A stretch of DNA of 64,000 nt from Sedimentisphaeraceae bacterium JB056 (GTDB lineage: Bacteria > Planctomycetota > Phycisphaerae > Sedimentisphaerales > Sedimentisphaeraceae), in NCBI GenBank assembly GCA_044440125.1, contig JBITAJ010000017.1, positions 1 through 64,000 of the forward strand, in the 5' to 3' direction. This document shows positions 28,937-37,140 of this stretch, piece after piece. The translations under genes and the position numbers were made by a program. The notes beneath the pieces are model-generated. The model searched no databases and had not been told where the DNA came from. It worked only from the letters and a program-made list of their open reading frames with translations. How positions within the stretch are numbered: position 1 is the first letter of the stretch; each line of letters begins with the position of its first letter.

Positions 28937-29053
28937 AATTACGAATTAGAAATTAAGAATTATGAATTGTGGTTGTTCGCTCACCCACTTTCATGGGTTC
29001 TTGCAGTTTTGTTCAAGCAAGCGAATATTGCCGCGAACCACGAACTGCGAACT
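28937..29053 (+). repeat. Heptamer-based element C, sharing both ends with element A
   Basis: aattacg aattaga aattaag aattatg aattgtg ... ttgccgcgaaccacgaactgcgaact. Confidence 0.7.
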
Positions 29054-29173
29054 TAGTGCCTATATTAGAAATCTTTTTGATTAAAAGCCGGAATATCTGT
29101 CTTTTTTATGTTACCCTGTTTTGTTAGACGATTATTTTTCAGAGATAATAATAAACGAAAACAAAGGAATTTT

Positions 29174-29602
29174 ATGCAGAAGGCAGAAAAAGGCAACACC
29201 GTAAAGGTGCATTATAAAGGCAGTCTTGATGACGGTTCGGTATTTGACAGCAGCGAAGGTCGTGATCCTATCGAGTTTCAAGTTGGCGGCGGAATGATGA
29301 TTCCCGGTTTCGATGCCGGCGTTGAAGGTATGGAAGTTGGCGAGAAAAAGACAATAAAGATTCCTTCGGCTGAGGCTTATGGTCCTTATCGCGAAGAGAT
29401 GATAGCTGTTTTGGATCGTGATGAGGTGCCTGTTGATTTCAAGCTTGTGGTTGGAATGGTGCTTCAGATGAGATCTGAGCAGGGCGGCGCTATGACCGTT
29501 ACTGTCAAAGAGCTTACTGATGATAAGATCACTCTTGACGGCAACCACGCTTTGGCGGGTAAAGATCTTACGTTTGAGATCGAGCTTGTTGAGGTTAAAT
29601 AA
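29174..29602 (+). CDS. FKBP-type peptidyl-prolyl isomerase (SlyD-like, no His-rich tail)
   Basis: VKVHYKGSLDDGSVFDSS, MIPGFD, AYG, DGNHALAGKDLTFEIEL. Confidence 0.92.
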   Translation: MQKAEKGNTVKVHYKGSLDDGSVFDSSEGRDPIEFQVGGGMMIPGFDAGVEGMEVGEKKTIKIPSAEAYGPYREEMIAVLDRDEVPVDFKLVVGMVLQMRSEQGGAMTVTVKELTDDKITLDGNHALAGKDLTFEIELVEVK

Positions 29603-29626
29603 TCTCAACACTAATTTTGTTGAATT

Positions 29627-29664
29627 AAAAAAGCCGGCAGGAATCAGATTTCTGCCGGCTTTTT
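29627..29664. terminator. Bidirectional intrinsic terminator
   Basis: aaaaaagccggcagg...tctgccggcttttt between convergent genes. Confidence 0.88.
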
Positions 29665-29697
29665 CATTTTATTTCAGATATACTCTGGCTCGTAAGC

Positions 29698-30171
29698 CTA
29701 TACGTTCATGCCTGATATCTCGCAATCGAATACCATCTGCCCGTTTACAATGCCCTGTACAGTGGCAGTATATTTACGGCTTCGCATCTTTGAAATATGG
29801 CATAGCATATAGAGCCTGTCGCCAGGTACTACTGTTCCACGGAATCTCGCGGATTCAATGCTTGCAAACCCGATGAACCCTTCAAGGCCGTATATCTTTT
29901 TCATATATACGCTTGAGAGTTGTGCCGCGGCTTCTATCATTACCACGCCCGGCATTATCGGACGACCCGGTATATGGCCGCGAACCCAGAATTCCTTGTC
30001 GGTTACATCCTTGTAGCCTAAACTATAATGATTCTCTTTATCATACCAAACGACAGCGTCAAGCTGCTGCATCTCATGATCCTGAGGATTATACTTCAGT
30101 ATCTCTTCCTTGCCGAATAGAACCTGATTAAGGTCTATGTTGTCTATATCAAAAAGAAATTTCGGGGGCAT
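29698..30171 (-). CDS. fabZ: 3-hydroxyacyl-ACP dehydratase, FabZ/FabA family
   Basis: EFWVRGHIPGRPIMPGVVMIEAAAQ, ARFRGTVVPGD. Confidence 0.8.
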   Translation of the reverse strand: MPPKFLFDIDNIDLNQVLFGKEEILKYNPQDHEMQQLDAVVWYDKENHYSLGYKDVTDKEFWVRGHIPGRPIMPGVVMIEAAAQLSSVYMKKIYGLEGFIGFASIESARFRGTVVPGDRLYMLCHISKMRSRKYTATVQGIVNGQMVFDCEISGMNV

Positions 30172-30190
30172 TACTTACCTTGAATCTAAA

Positions 30191-30358
30191 TTATTCGCGA
30201 ATTTCGAGGATCTTTGATCTGATATCCTGAGCGATCTTCTTTACTTCCTGCATCTGCTTACGTACTCTTGTACCTGCAGCCTTGTTACCACTGACGGCTT
30301 TATTAACATCGCCCTCAACCTCGGCTATCAGAGCCTTTAATGCTTCAAATTCTTGCAT
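30191..30358 (-). CDS. Small histone H1-like (Hc1-family) protein, 55 aa; absent from the ORF track
   Basis: Hand translation MQEFEALKALIAEVEGDVNKAVSGNKAAGTRVRKQMQEVKKIAQDIRSKILEIRE; GNKAAGTR.RK motif; RBS ggag. Confidence 0.85.
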   Translation of the reverse strand: MQEFEALKALIAEVEGDVNKAVSGNKAAGTRVRKQMQEVKKIAQDIRSKILEIRE

Positions 30359-30780
30359 CTTATAAATCTCCTGTATTTAAAATTGTAATTACTTTAATAC
30401 CATTTGCCTTTGGATGCTCACAGAGTCAGTCTGAAAATGTTGAATCTTATAAAATGCCAAGCCGTAAAATTCCGAAGAAATACAGGCAGGCATTAAAAAC
30501 ACACAACAAAGAGCACACAAAAGCCCAACTAATTTATGCTTGGGGATTGTACCAGCATGGTATAGATTTGTCAAAACAAAAAAGAAGGCGTTTTTATTTT
30601 TTATTTTTTCATAGATTGTTGTGTAGTAATGGTTTATGTGGTTTGGTCTAAAAAAGAGAGCTAAATAACTCAAAAAATACCCCCGTTTATGGCCTCAAAA
30701 ACGCATTTTTCTATGAGAGCTTGTGTGTTGGTACCGGCTTGTGAGCTTTAGAAGGAGGTGTCTGTTGCATTGGATAAGTG

Positions 30781-32454
30781 CTATTTTGCCAGCCACTTGA
30801 TCAGGATTTCCGTTAATGAGGCTGAACTTATCGGCTTTGTTATATAGTCATTCATGCCGGCATCAATACATATATATCGATCACCTTCGGTAGCATTTGC
30901 TGTCATTGCTATTATCGGGATGTCAATATTGGGCTGGTTTTCTGCGTCCCGGCGTATTTTTTGCGTTGCAGTAATACCATCCATCACCGGCATTTGGACA
31001 TCCATTATTACAAGGTCGTATTTCTTCTTTTTCAGTGCATTGATAGCTTCCTGCCCGTTCTCGGCTATATCAACAGCGATTCCGAGCTTCTCAAGCATTC
31101 CCGCTGTTACCTTCTGGTTTACTATATTGTCTTCGGCCAGCAGAATCTTGTGCCCCTTTAGATTTTCTATTTCCTGAGGCGTATGTTTGATCTTCTTGGA
31201 TGTTTTTCTTTTCGTTTCAGAGTCGCTTCCTATTGCGAAAGAGCAGTTGAACCAGAATAGAGAACCTTTTCCTTCGGTACTTTCAACACCTATTATGCCG
31301 CCTTTGAGTTCGACGAGTTTTTTTGATATAGCAAGTCCAAGACCGGTTCCTTTGAATTTTCTTGTACTGGAGCTATCCAGTTGCTCAAAGGAGTTGAATA
31401 GTAAATGTTGCTTTTCCTTCGATATGCCTATTCCAGTATCTTGTATTTTGAATCTGAGTATCACCGTTTTGTCGCTCTTCTGTTCAAGATTGACAGCGAT
31501 TTTGACACTGCCTTGATCTGTGAATTTTACGGCATTTCCAATGAGGTTGATTAGTATCTGCAGAAGCCTGCTGGAATCGCCGCAGAGATGCGGCGGCACA
31601 TCGGGGTCAATTTCAGACTGCAAGAGAAGGCCTTTGTTTTCGGCTGTGAGACGGAATATATCGAGCGATTCGTCAACTATCTGCTGAAGGTTGAAATTAT
31701 GCTTTTCAAGCTCGAGCTTGCCGGCTTCTATTTTGGAGAGGTCGAGTATGTCGTTTATAAGGTTGAGCATGGCTTTGCCGCTTGATTCGAGCATTTTGGC
31801 GTAGTGCTTCTGTTTTTCTGATAGCGGCGTTTGCATCAGCAGCTCTATCATTCCTATAACGCCATTCATCGGCGTGCGTATCTCATGGCTCATGTTTGCC
31901 AGAAAGCGGCTTTTGGCAACGTTGGCGGCTTGTGCTTCAACAGCCATTTTCTTTGCGTTGTCCATCGCTTCTTTGAGGTGGCGGTTTGCTTCGCTGAGTT
32001 TCAGTTGGGCTTGTTTACGTATTTTGATTTCATCACGCAGTTCGTCATTGAGTTTGTCGAGTTCGTGTTTTTTTTCTTCGTATTCCTCCAGCGTTTTTTC
32101 GAGACGGCTTGCCATCGCGTTGAAGGAGCTGGCAAATTCACCCATAAACTCCACTCGATGCGAGAAGTCGCCTTCTGCGACTTTTGATGTTTGCCATATC
32201 ATATTTCGCAGGTTTGCCTGCAGTGTTTTGATTGTTCCGCCGGTGAAGCCTTTGAGCGGGATTGTTGCATCCAAATTGCCGTGGGAGATTGTGTATAGAG
32301 ACTTTCGCAGAGATGTTATGTAGTCATACAATCTCTTTGCTGATTCGTTTTCAGATAGATGTTGCGGCAGTTCAGGAGGGGCATTGCTGGTAAGGGCTTG
32401 AAGCATGAAGTCTGCCAAGTCTGTTGATGTTTGTTCTTTTCTCTTACCAGTCAT
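30781..32454 (-). CDS. Cytoplasmic hybrid histidine kinase (HAMP-like, HisKA, HATPase, REC)
   Basis: [50 protein letters not shown]; no TM segment seen. Confidence 0.92.
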   Translation of the reverse strand: MTGKRKEQTSTDLADFMLQALTSNAPPELPQHLSENESAKRLYDYITSLRKSLYTISHGNLDATIPLKGFTGGTIKTLQANLRNMIWQTSKVAEGDFSHRVEFMGEFASSFNAMASRLEKTLEEYEEKKHELDKLNDELRDEIKIRKQAQLKLSEANRHLKEAMDNAKKMAVEAQAANVAKSRFLANMSHEIRTPMNGVIGMIELLMQTPLSEKQKHYAKMLESSGKAMLNLINDILDLSKIEAGKLELEKHNFNLQQIVDESLDIFRLTAENKGLLLQSEIDPDVPPHLCGDSSRLLQILINLIGNAVKFTDQGSVKIAVNLEQKSDKTVILRFKIQDTGIGISKEKQHLLFNSFEQLDSSSTRKFKGTGLGLAISKKLVELKGGIIGVESTEGKGSLFWFNCSFAIGSDSETKRKTSKKIKHTPQEIENLKGHKILLAEDNIVNQKVTAGMLEKLGIAVDIAENGQEAINALKKKKYDLVIMDVQMPVMDGITATQKIRRDAENQPNIDIPIIAMTANATEGDRYICIDAGMNDYITKPISSASLTEILIKWLAK

Positions 32455-32486
32455 TGTTTAAGTGCTTGATTTATACGGTTGATTGG

Positions 32487-33005
32487 TCATTTTGTTGTTT
32501 CAGCCCTGAATCGGCAGGTTCTGTCGCCGCTGCACCAGCAGTCTACCTCTTTAACCTTGAAATTCAGTCCCGTGTAGCTTTCAAGGAGACCGGCAATGAA
32601 TCCCTCATCGTATACGCAGATTTCGCTGTCAATGTTTGGAAGGCCGGAGCAGTCGACATCTTCTGATACAGTAAGCACGATGACGCCTTTTTCCATATCG
32701 ATCTGCTCGATTCGCAGGACGCCTATTTTAAGGTCGACAAAGGTTTGCTGGAGCCCGCTGATGAATTCCTCAAGCTCAAGGTTTGGCTGGAATACGTTCT
32801 TGTAGAATTCCGTGCCGGCAAGTTTGCCTGCATCGTAGAAAATCTTGTCGGCTTTTTCTGTGCCGAGGTCTTGCTCGAGGATGTCTCTTAGCGTGAACTG
32901 CATCAGGCGATATACTTTAAGGCTGATATCCGGGCCTAAGTTAGGTCTGCCCAGAGCTATATCACCTAACAGATCCCACGAGAATTTGTATTTGGTTTCT
33001 TCCAT
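32487..33005 (-). CDS. V4R-domain (4-vinyl reductase-like) small-molecule sensor
   Basis: GRPNLG, EDVDCSGLP...ICVYDEGFIAG..E.Y....VKEVDCW.SGDRTCRF. Confidence 0.85.
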   Translation of the reverse strand: MEETKYKFSWDLLGDIALGRPNLGPDISLKVYRLMQFTLRDILEQDLGTEKADKIFYDAGKLAGTEFYKNVFQPNLELEEFISGLQQTFVDLKIGVLRIEQIDMEKGVIVLTVSEDVDCSGLPNIDSEICVYDEGFIAGLLESYTGLNFKVKEVDCWCSGDRTCRFRAETTK

Positions 33006-33325
33006 AATATTCCTACAACTTTTATACATTTTCTGTGCGCACCACTCTCTGAATATACTTTACACGAATTTGCTGATTTTGTCGAGTAAATTATGCTTAC
33101 GGCTTGATTAATGAATGAGCTGGATGGGTGTTTAAGGCGTGTTTTAAGGGGCATTCTGTAAACATGGCGATGCCCATGCCCATATTATTGAGACCTTTTC
33201 AGTGCGTTCTTTTAACTTTATACTAATATGATATTTATTGAATTATTCTTTGCAGCGTCTATAATTGAATTTTGTTTGAAGTTATTATGGTGTATATGAA
33301 AACAGTTCAACTCAGGAGTTTTGAT

Positions 33326-34045
33326 ATGAAGCGATTAGTCGTGTTGGGTTTTATGGCTTTTTTGGTGGTTTTATTTTTTTCAGGCTGCCGTTCTTTAGGT
33401 GGAGGCACGAAGCCGGTAAATATAAAGATGAAAAAGGCAGCAGGTAAGATGCCGGAATTGCAGCTTGGTATTGTGAGCTTTGATTCGGATAAGATGTATG
33501 CACAAAATACGACTCCATTCAAATGTGCTGAAGCTCCTTTCTCAGCAGACGACCTTTCTAATTTTAAGATATCACTTGAAAGAGGCGTTCGACAGATAAC
33601 CGGCGAAAGCAAGCCTACCGTGAATATAAATGTGGTTGTACGTGCGAATATGATCGCATACAGCAATGGTGAGGTTGCTATTTTGTCAGCCGTTGACTGG
33701 TGCTTATCGAGTGAGAGGCAGGTTCTCTTTGAGGAATCATTCTTTGCCGCCAAACATTACGGGGCACTTGCCGGTAAGACGCTTGGTGGTGCAAAAGAGG
33801 ATATCATGAAAAGGATGGTTCTGAGGATACTTAAGACATCAAAATCGCTTTCAGGCGGCAATAAGGATGTTAAACCTGTACAAGTGGATGATATATACGA
33901 TTCGTTTGCGTTCGCAGTTTCAAAACTGCCGCCGAACATTACTTTTTATATCCCCGGTTCAACTTCGGCTACCCGTTATCAGACTGATTGGACGATACTG
34001 GAAACGATGGAAGAGATTAGCTGGGACGAACTTATCGGAGGTTGA
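33326..34045 (+). CDS. Hypothetical lipoprotein
   Basis: Signal peptide ending FFSGC; RBS aggag. Confidence 0.7.
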   Translation: MKRLVVLGFMAFLVVLFFSGCRSLGGGTKPVNIKMKKAAGKMPELQLGIVSFDSDKMYAQNTTPFKCAEAPFSADDLSNFKISLERGVRQITGESKPTVNINVVVRANMIAYSNGEVAILSAVDWCLSSERQVLFEESFFAAKHYGALAGKTLGGAKEDIMKRMVLRILKTSKSLSGGNKDVKPVQVDDIYDSFAFAVSKLPPNITFYIPGSTSATRYQTDWTILETMEEISWDELIGG

Positions 34046-34050
34046 GACTG

Positions 34051-34479
34051 ATGCGAAAATGCTTTGTTCTTATATTTTGTCTGTGTGGTATTGTTGTGAC
34101 GGGTTGTCAGGAATCGGCGAAATCAAATGCCGCCAGTTATAATAATCCACAAGATTTTGATCCGCAGTCGATGGCGGTGGTTATGATTGATCAGGGAGTC
34201 TACCTGAAAACCGTTGACGGCAAGCTTTATGATGAGAATATTTCAATTTGGGATGCCAAATATTCGCTTCAGGAAAATCTTATTATTCCGGCAGGCGGGC
34301 ATACGCTTGGGGTTCTTGCAGAGAAGTCGTTTCATCATCTTTACGGCAAAGATGTTATCGATATAGATTTTGTCGCTGAAAATGACAGGGTTTACAGGAT
34401 AATGAAGGCGCAGAAAGACGGCAAGAAGATCATTGGAATTTATGACAAGAAAACCTTGGCAGCAGAGGCTAATAGGTAG
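34051..34479 (+). CDS. Hypothetical lipoprotein
   Basis: Signal peptide ending VVTGC; follows the previous gene closely. Confidence 0.65.
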   Translation: MRKCFVLIFCLCGIVVTGCQESAKSNAASYNNPQDFDPQSMAVVMIDQGVYLKTVDGKLYDENISIWDAKYSLQENLIIPAGGHTLGVLAEKSFHHLYGKDVIDIDFVAENDRVYRIMKAQKDGKKIIGIYDKKTLAAEANR

Positions 34480-34549
34480 AATTTACATCAAGCAAGCAAG
34501 TTTAAAAAATGATGTACAACGTGATGTACAATTTGTGCTGGGTACAAAT

Positions 34550-34586
34550 AAAAAAAGGACTCACGATTTTCGTAAGTCCTTTTTTT
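34550..34586 (-). terminator. Hairpin downstream of tRNA-Met (A/T tracts on both sides)
   Basis: aaaaaaaggactcacg-atttt-cgtaagtccttttttt. Confidence 0.75.
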
Positions 34587-34594
34587 CTGGTAAG

Positions 34595-34669
34595 TAGCGG
34601 GAGCTGGATTCGAACCAACGACCTCCGGGTTATGAGCCCGACGAGCTAACCAGACTGCTCTATCCCGCA
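34595..34669 (-). tRNA. tRNA-Met (CAT), initiator type
   Basis: Minus strand TGCGGGATAGAGCAGTCTGGTTAGCTCGTCGGGCTCATAACCCGGAGGTCGTTGGTTCGAATCCAGCTCCCGCTA; three G:C pairs in the anticodon stem; unpaired 1:72; CCA not directly encoded. Confidence 0.95.
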
Positions 34670-34905
34670 ATCAAATTGAGGTTCGTATTCTATGCTTATA
34701 TATCTTTTTGTCAAGTGGAGTTATTCAAAAAAGATCAAATTTTCTGTAAAAGATTTCTTAACGGCTTTTAACGGTATTTAAGTGGTGTTTTCAGCTTGGA
34801 AATTAATGGATAAATGCCAGTTAAATATGAAATATCAATTTTGAGAGTTCGTGATGTCATGCTTTAACAGGATTTTTGAGGCAAAAAACGAAAAAAAATC
34901 GGTTT

Positions 34906-35072
34906 AAATGTACATAATTTGTACAATTTTGTAAGTCATTGTTTTTCGGTATTTTAAGGAATTACGTGTAAAATATTGTTTAAATTTATGTCGTATTCCA
35001 CCTTTTAAATGTTAAAATGTACATGAAAATATATTGACAAATGGGCAAATGTACAGTAATGTATATATACAA
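34906..35072 (+). promoter_or_regulatory. Promoter (TTGACA 35034-35039, TAATGT 35057-35062) with clustered TGTACA operator-like sites
   Basis: TGTACA at 34909, 34920, 35018 and 35050, plus palindrome TGTATATATACA at 35060. Confidence 0.6.
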
Positions 35073-35085
35073 ATAAGGAATTGTA

Positions 35086-36165
35086 ATGCAAAACACAATG
35101 ACCAAATTAGAAAAAGTAAGCAGTCAGCTTTGGGAAACAGTTCGGACTCTTCGTGAGAAGGGTGAGAATTCTCTGCCCCCCGAGATCGTTCTTTGTGATG
35201 AGTACAATGTCAGTCGTGGTACGATTCGCCGTGCGATGAATGAGCTGGTTGACAAGGGAGTGCTGAGGCGTGTTGCCGGCAAAGGTACTTTCATATGTGA
35301 GGAGAGGACCGCCGAGGCGGCAGAGTCGGGCACTATTCCAATGATTGGTCTTGCGTATGATGTTGTTGAGCTTAGTGAGTTTCGAATGATGAACATCAGG
35401 GCCATTGCCAGAGCCGCACATTCCTGCGGGCTTGGAGTAATGGTTTGCTCATTGTCTGAGGCGATGGGTCTTTTGGGAAGCTGGTTCCCGACACAGAGAG
35501 GACCGGCAAGGCTGATGGGGCTTATAAGCTGTAATTTCCCTAAAGATATGATCGAAGAGATCAAGAAGTCGCCGGTGAAGATTCCTTATGTTGCTTTGGT
35601 TAATCCTGAATATGAGAATATAGCAGATTACGCCGTTCTTCGTCTTGACGAGTTCAAAATTCTGTATGAATTCCTTTGCGAGAAAGGGCACAGGAGGTTT
35701 TGCTTCCTTGAGGATGTTATCACTACCGAAAGCATCAACAGGACAAATCAGGCTATCGACCATATTAATGATATGGGTTATGAGATATCCGTTATTACCA
35801 AGGAGTTTTTCTCAGACAGAATGCGTGCTGCAGAAGAGGTCGATCATGTGTTGTCGCTGCCGGAGGAAGAGCGGCCTACCGTAATAATATGTTACGATGA
35901 TAAGCTTGCGGCATGGGTAATAAGACATCTTACTAAAAATGGTATAAGAGTACCTGAAGATATTTCCGTGATAGGACGTGGTAATCTTGATATCGCGGCA
36001 TGTACGACTCCGGCAATTACAAGTCTTTGCATTTTCTATGATGATCTTGCGAAGAAGGCCATGGAGCTGTTTCTTGCCCAACTTTCCGGTGAGGATATAG
36101 ACGAGCCTATAAAGAAGGTAGGTTACAGGATAATTGAAAGAGAATCTGTTGCTGATATAAATTGA
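35086..36165 (+). CDS. AraR-type regulator (GntR wHTH plus LacI-like sugar-binding domain)
   Basis: LPPE..LC..YNVSRGTIRRAM.EL...G.L.R..GKGTF; C-terminal GIRVPEDISVIG..PAITS..IIERES. Confidence 0.9.
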   Translation: MQNTMTKLEKVSSQLWETVRTLREKGENSLPPEIVLCDEYNVSRGTIRRAMNELVDKGVLRRVAGKGTFICEERTAEAAESGTIPMIGLAYDVVELSEFRMMNIRAIARAAHSCGLGVMVCSLSEAMGLLGSWFPTQRGPARLMGLISCNFPKDMIEEIKKSPVKIPYVALVNPEYENIADYAVLRLDEFKILYEFLCEKGHRRFCFLEDVITTESINRTNQAIDHINDMGYEISVITKEFFSDRMRAAEEVDHVLSLPEEERPTVIICYDDKLAAWVIRHLTKNGIRVPEDISVIGRGNLDIAACTTPAITSLCIFYDDLAKKAMELFLAQLSGEDIDEPIKKVGYRIIERESVADIN

Positions 36166-36323
36166 CGCTGTTTTCTGTGTTGTGTTTTCTCGCCGTATAT
36201 TATTAAAATTTCTATCTAACAAGACTTAAATGTCTGATAAATAAAACAAGATAAGATATTTGCTGATTATTGTTTACCGTTTTTTATGAGACGGTTTTAA
36301 AAATTTTTATAGGAGATAATGAT

Positions 36324-37103
36324 ATGAGAAACTTTCTGTTGTTGATGACCGTTTTAGTTTCAGTATTTTCGGTCGTTCCGAATCTTCATGCTGACGCTTA
36401 TTTAGTTGATAGTAATACTCTTAAATGGGGTATTGGTCCAGATCCTGACAATCAGCCTGATGGACAATTGTGGTACACTTTCAGTGACTGGGATTGGTAT
36501 GAAGGCAGCCTGGCACTTGATTCAGCATGGCCGGGAGATCCTAATACTCAGCCATGGCCATCTACTTTTGAAGCTCCCACATACGGTATGCAAATTCGTG
36601 CAGATGCTACGATTGACGGTTCCCTGGTTCAGCCTACAGGATATGTTTTCGATTTGTCTTCTGCCGGTATAACAGGCAAGGTTATTTCAAGTATTGAAAT
36701 AATCAATGCTTTCTGGAATTTCCCTTCTGGAGCAAATGCGGCAGTAGCAGCTACGTTTTACGATGAAGATGACAACAGAGTTTATCAGGAGAATCCGGCT
36801 TTGATGTCTGCCGGATGGTGGCAGGGTACTGTTGTTGATTTTTCCGAAAATCCTACTAAAACAGTTCGTTTTTCATTAGATCCTTACGCTTCTTCATGGG
36901 TTTGGAGCGGTAATTATATGTATATAGAGCAGTTGGTAATCAATCTCATAGATGAAGCTGACGCTAATTGCGGTACAAAATATAATCCGTATCCTTTAGC
37001 TGATATAGATGGTGATTGCATCGTTGATTCTGCCGATGTCGCTAAGATAGCCGAGTACTGGCTTGGATGCAACGATCCTGCTGATGCGGCTTGTGTACAG
37101 TAA
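36324..37103 (+). CDS. Secreted hypothetical protein with C-terminal dockerin/EF-hand-like motif
   Basis: Signal peptide; ADIDGDCIVDSADVAKIAEYWL; RBS aggaga. Confidence 0.75.
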   Translation: MRNFLLLMTVLVSVFSVVPNLHADAYLVDSNTLKWGIGPDPDNQPDGQLWYTFSDWDWYEGSLALDSAWPGDPNTQPWPSTFEAPTYGMQIRADATIDGSLVQPTGYVFDLSSAGITGKVISSIEIINAFWNFPSGANAAVAATFYDEDDNRVYQENPALMSAGWWQGTVVDFSENPTKTVRFSLDPYASSWVWSGNYMYIEQLVINLIDEADANCGTKYNPYPLADIDGDCIVDSADVAKIAEYWLGCNDPADAACVQ

Positions 37104-37140
37104 TTTTTTATATTACAGAATAATCTATAGGAGATATGAA

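Noticed and set aside
26911..29053. Possible CRISPR array
   Set aside because: Repeats are 7-nt periodic with no 23-47 nt repeat/spacer structure and no cas genes
30340..30673. Overlapping ORFs 30340-30651 (+) and 30389-30673 (-)
   Set aside because: No motifs or clear RBS; region is more likely the promoter of the Hc1-like/fabZ unit
33272..34670. Intact prophage or integrative element at tRNA-Met
   Set aside because: No integrase, phage genes or duplicated tRNA end seen; only a possible relic is reported
34488..34670. 60-aa minus-strand ORF
   Set aside because: Reads through the tRNA-Met gene
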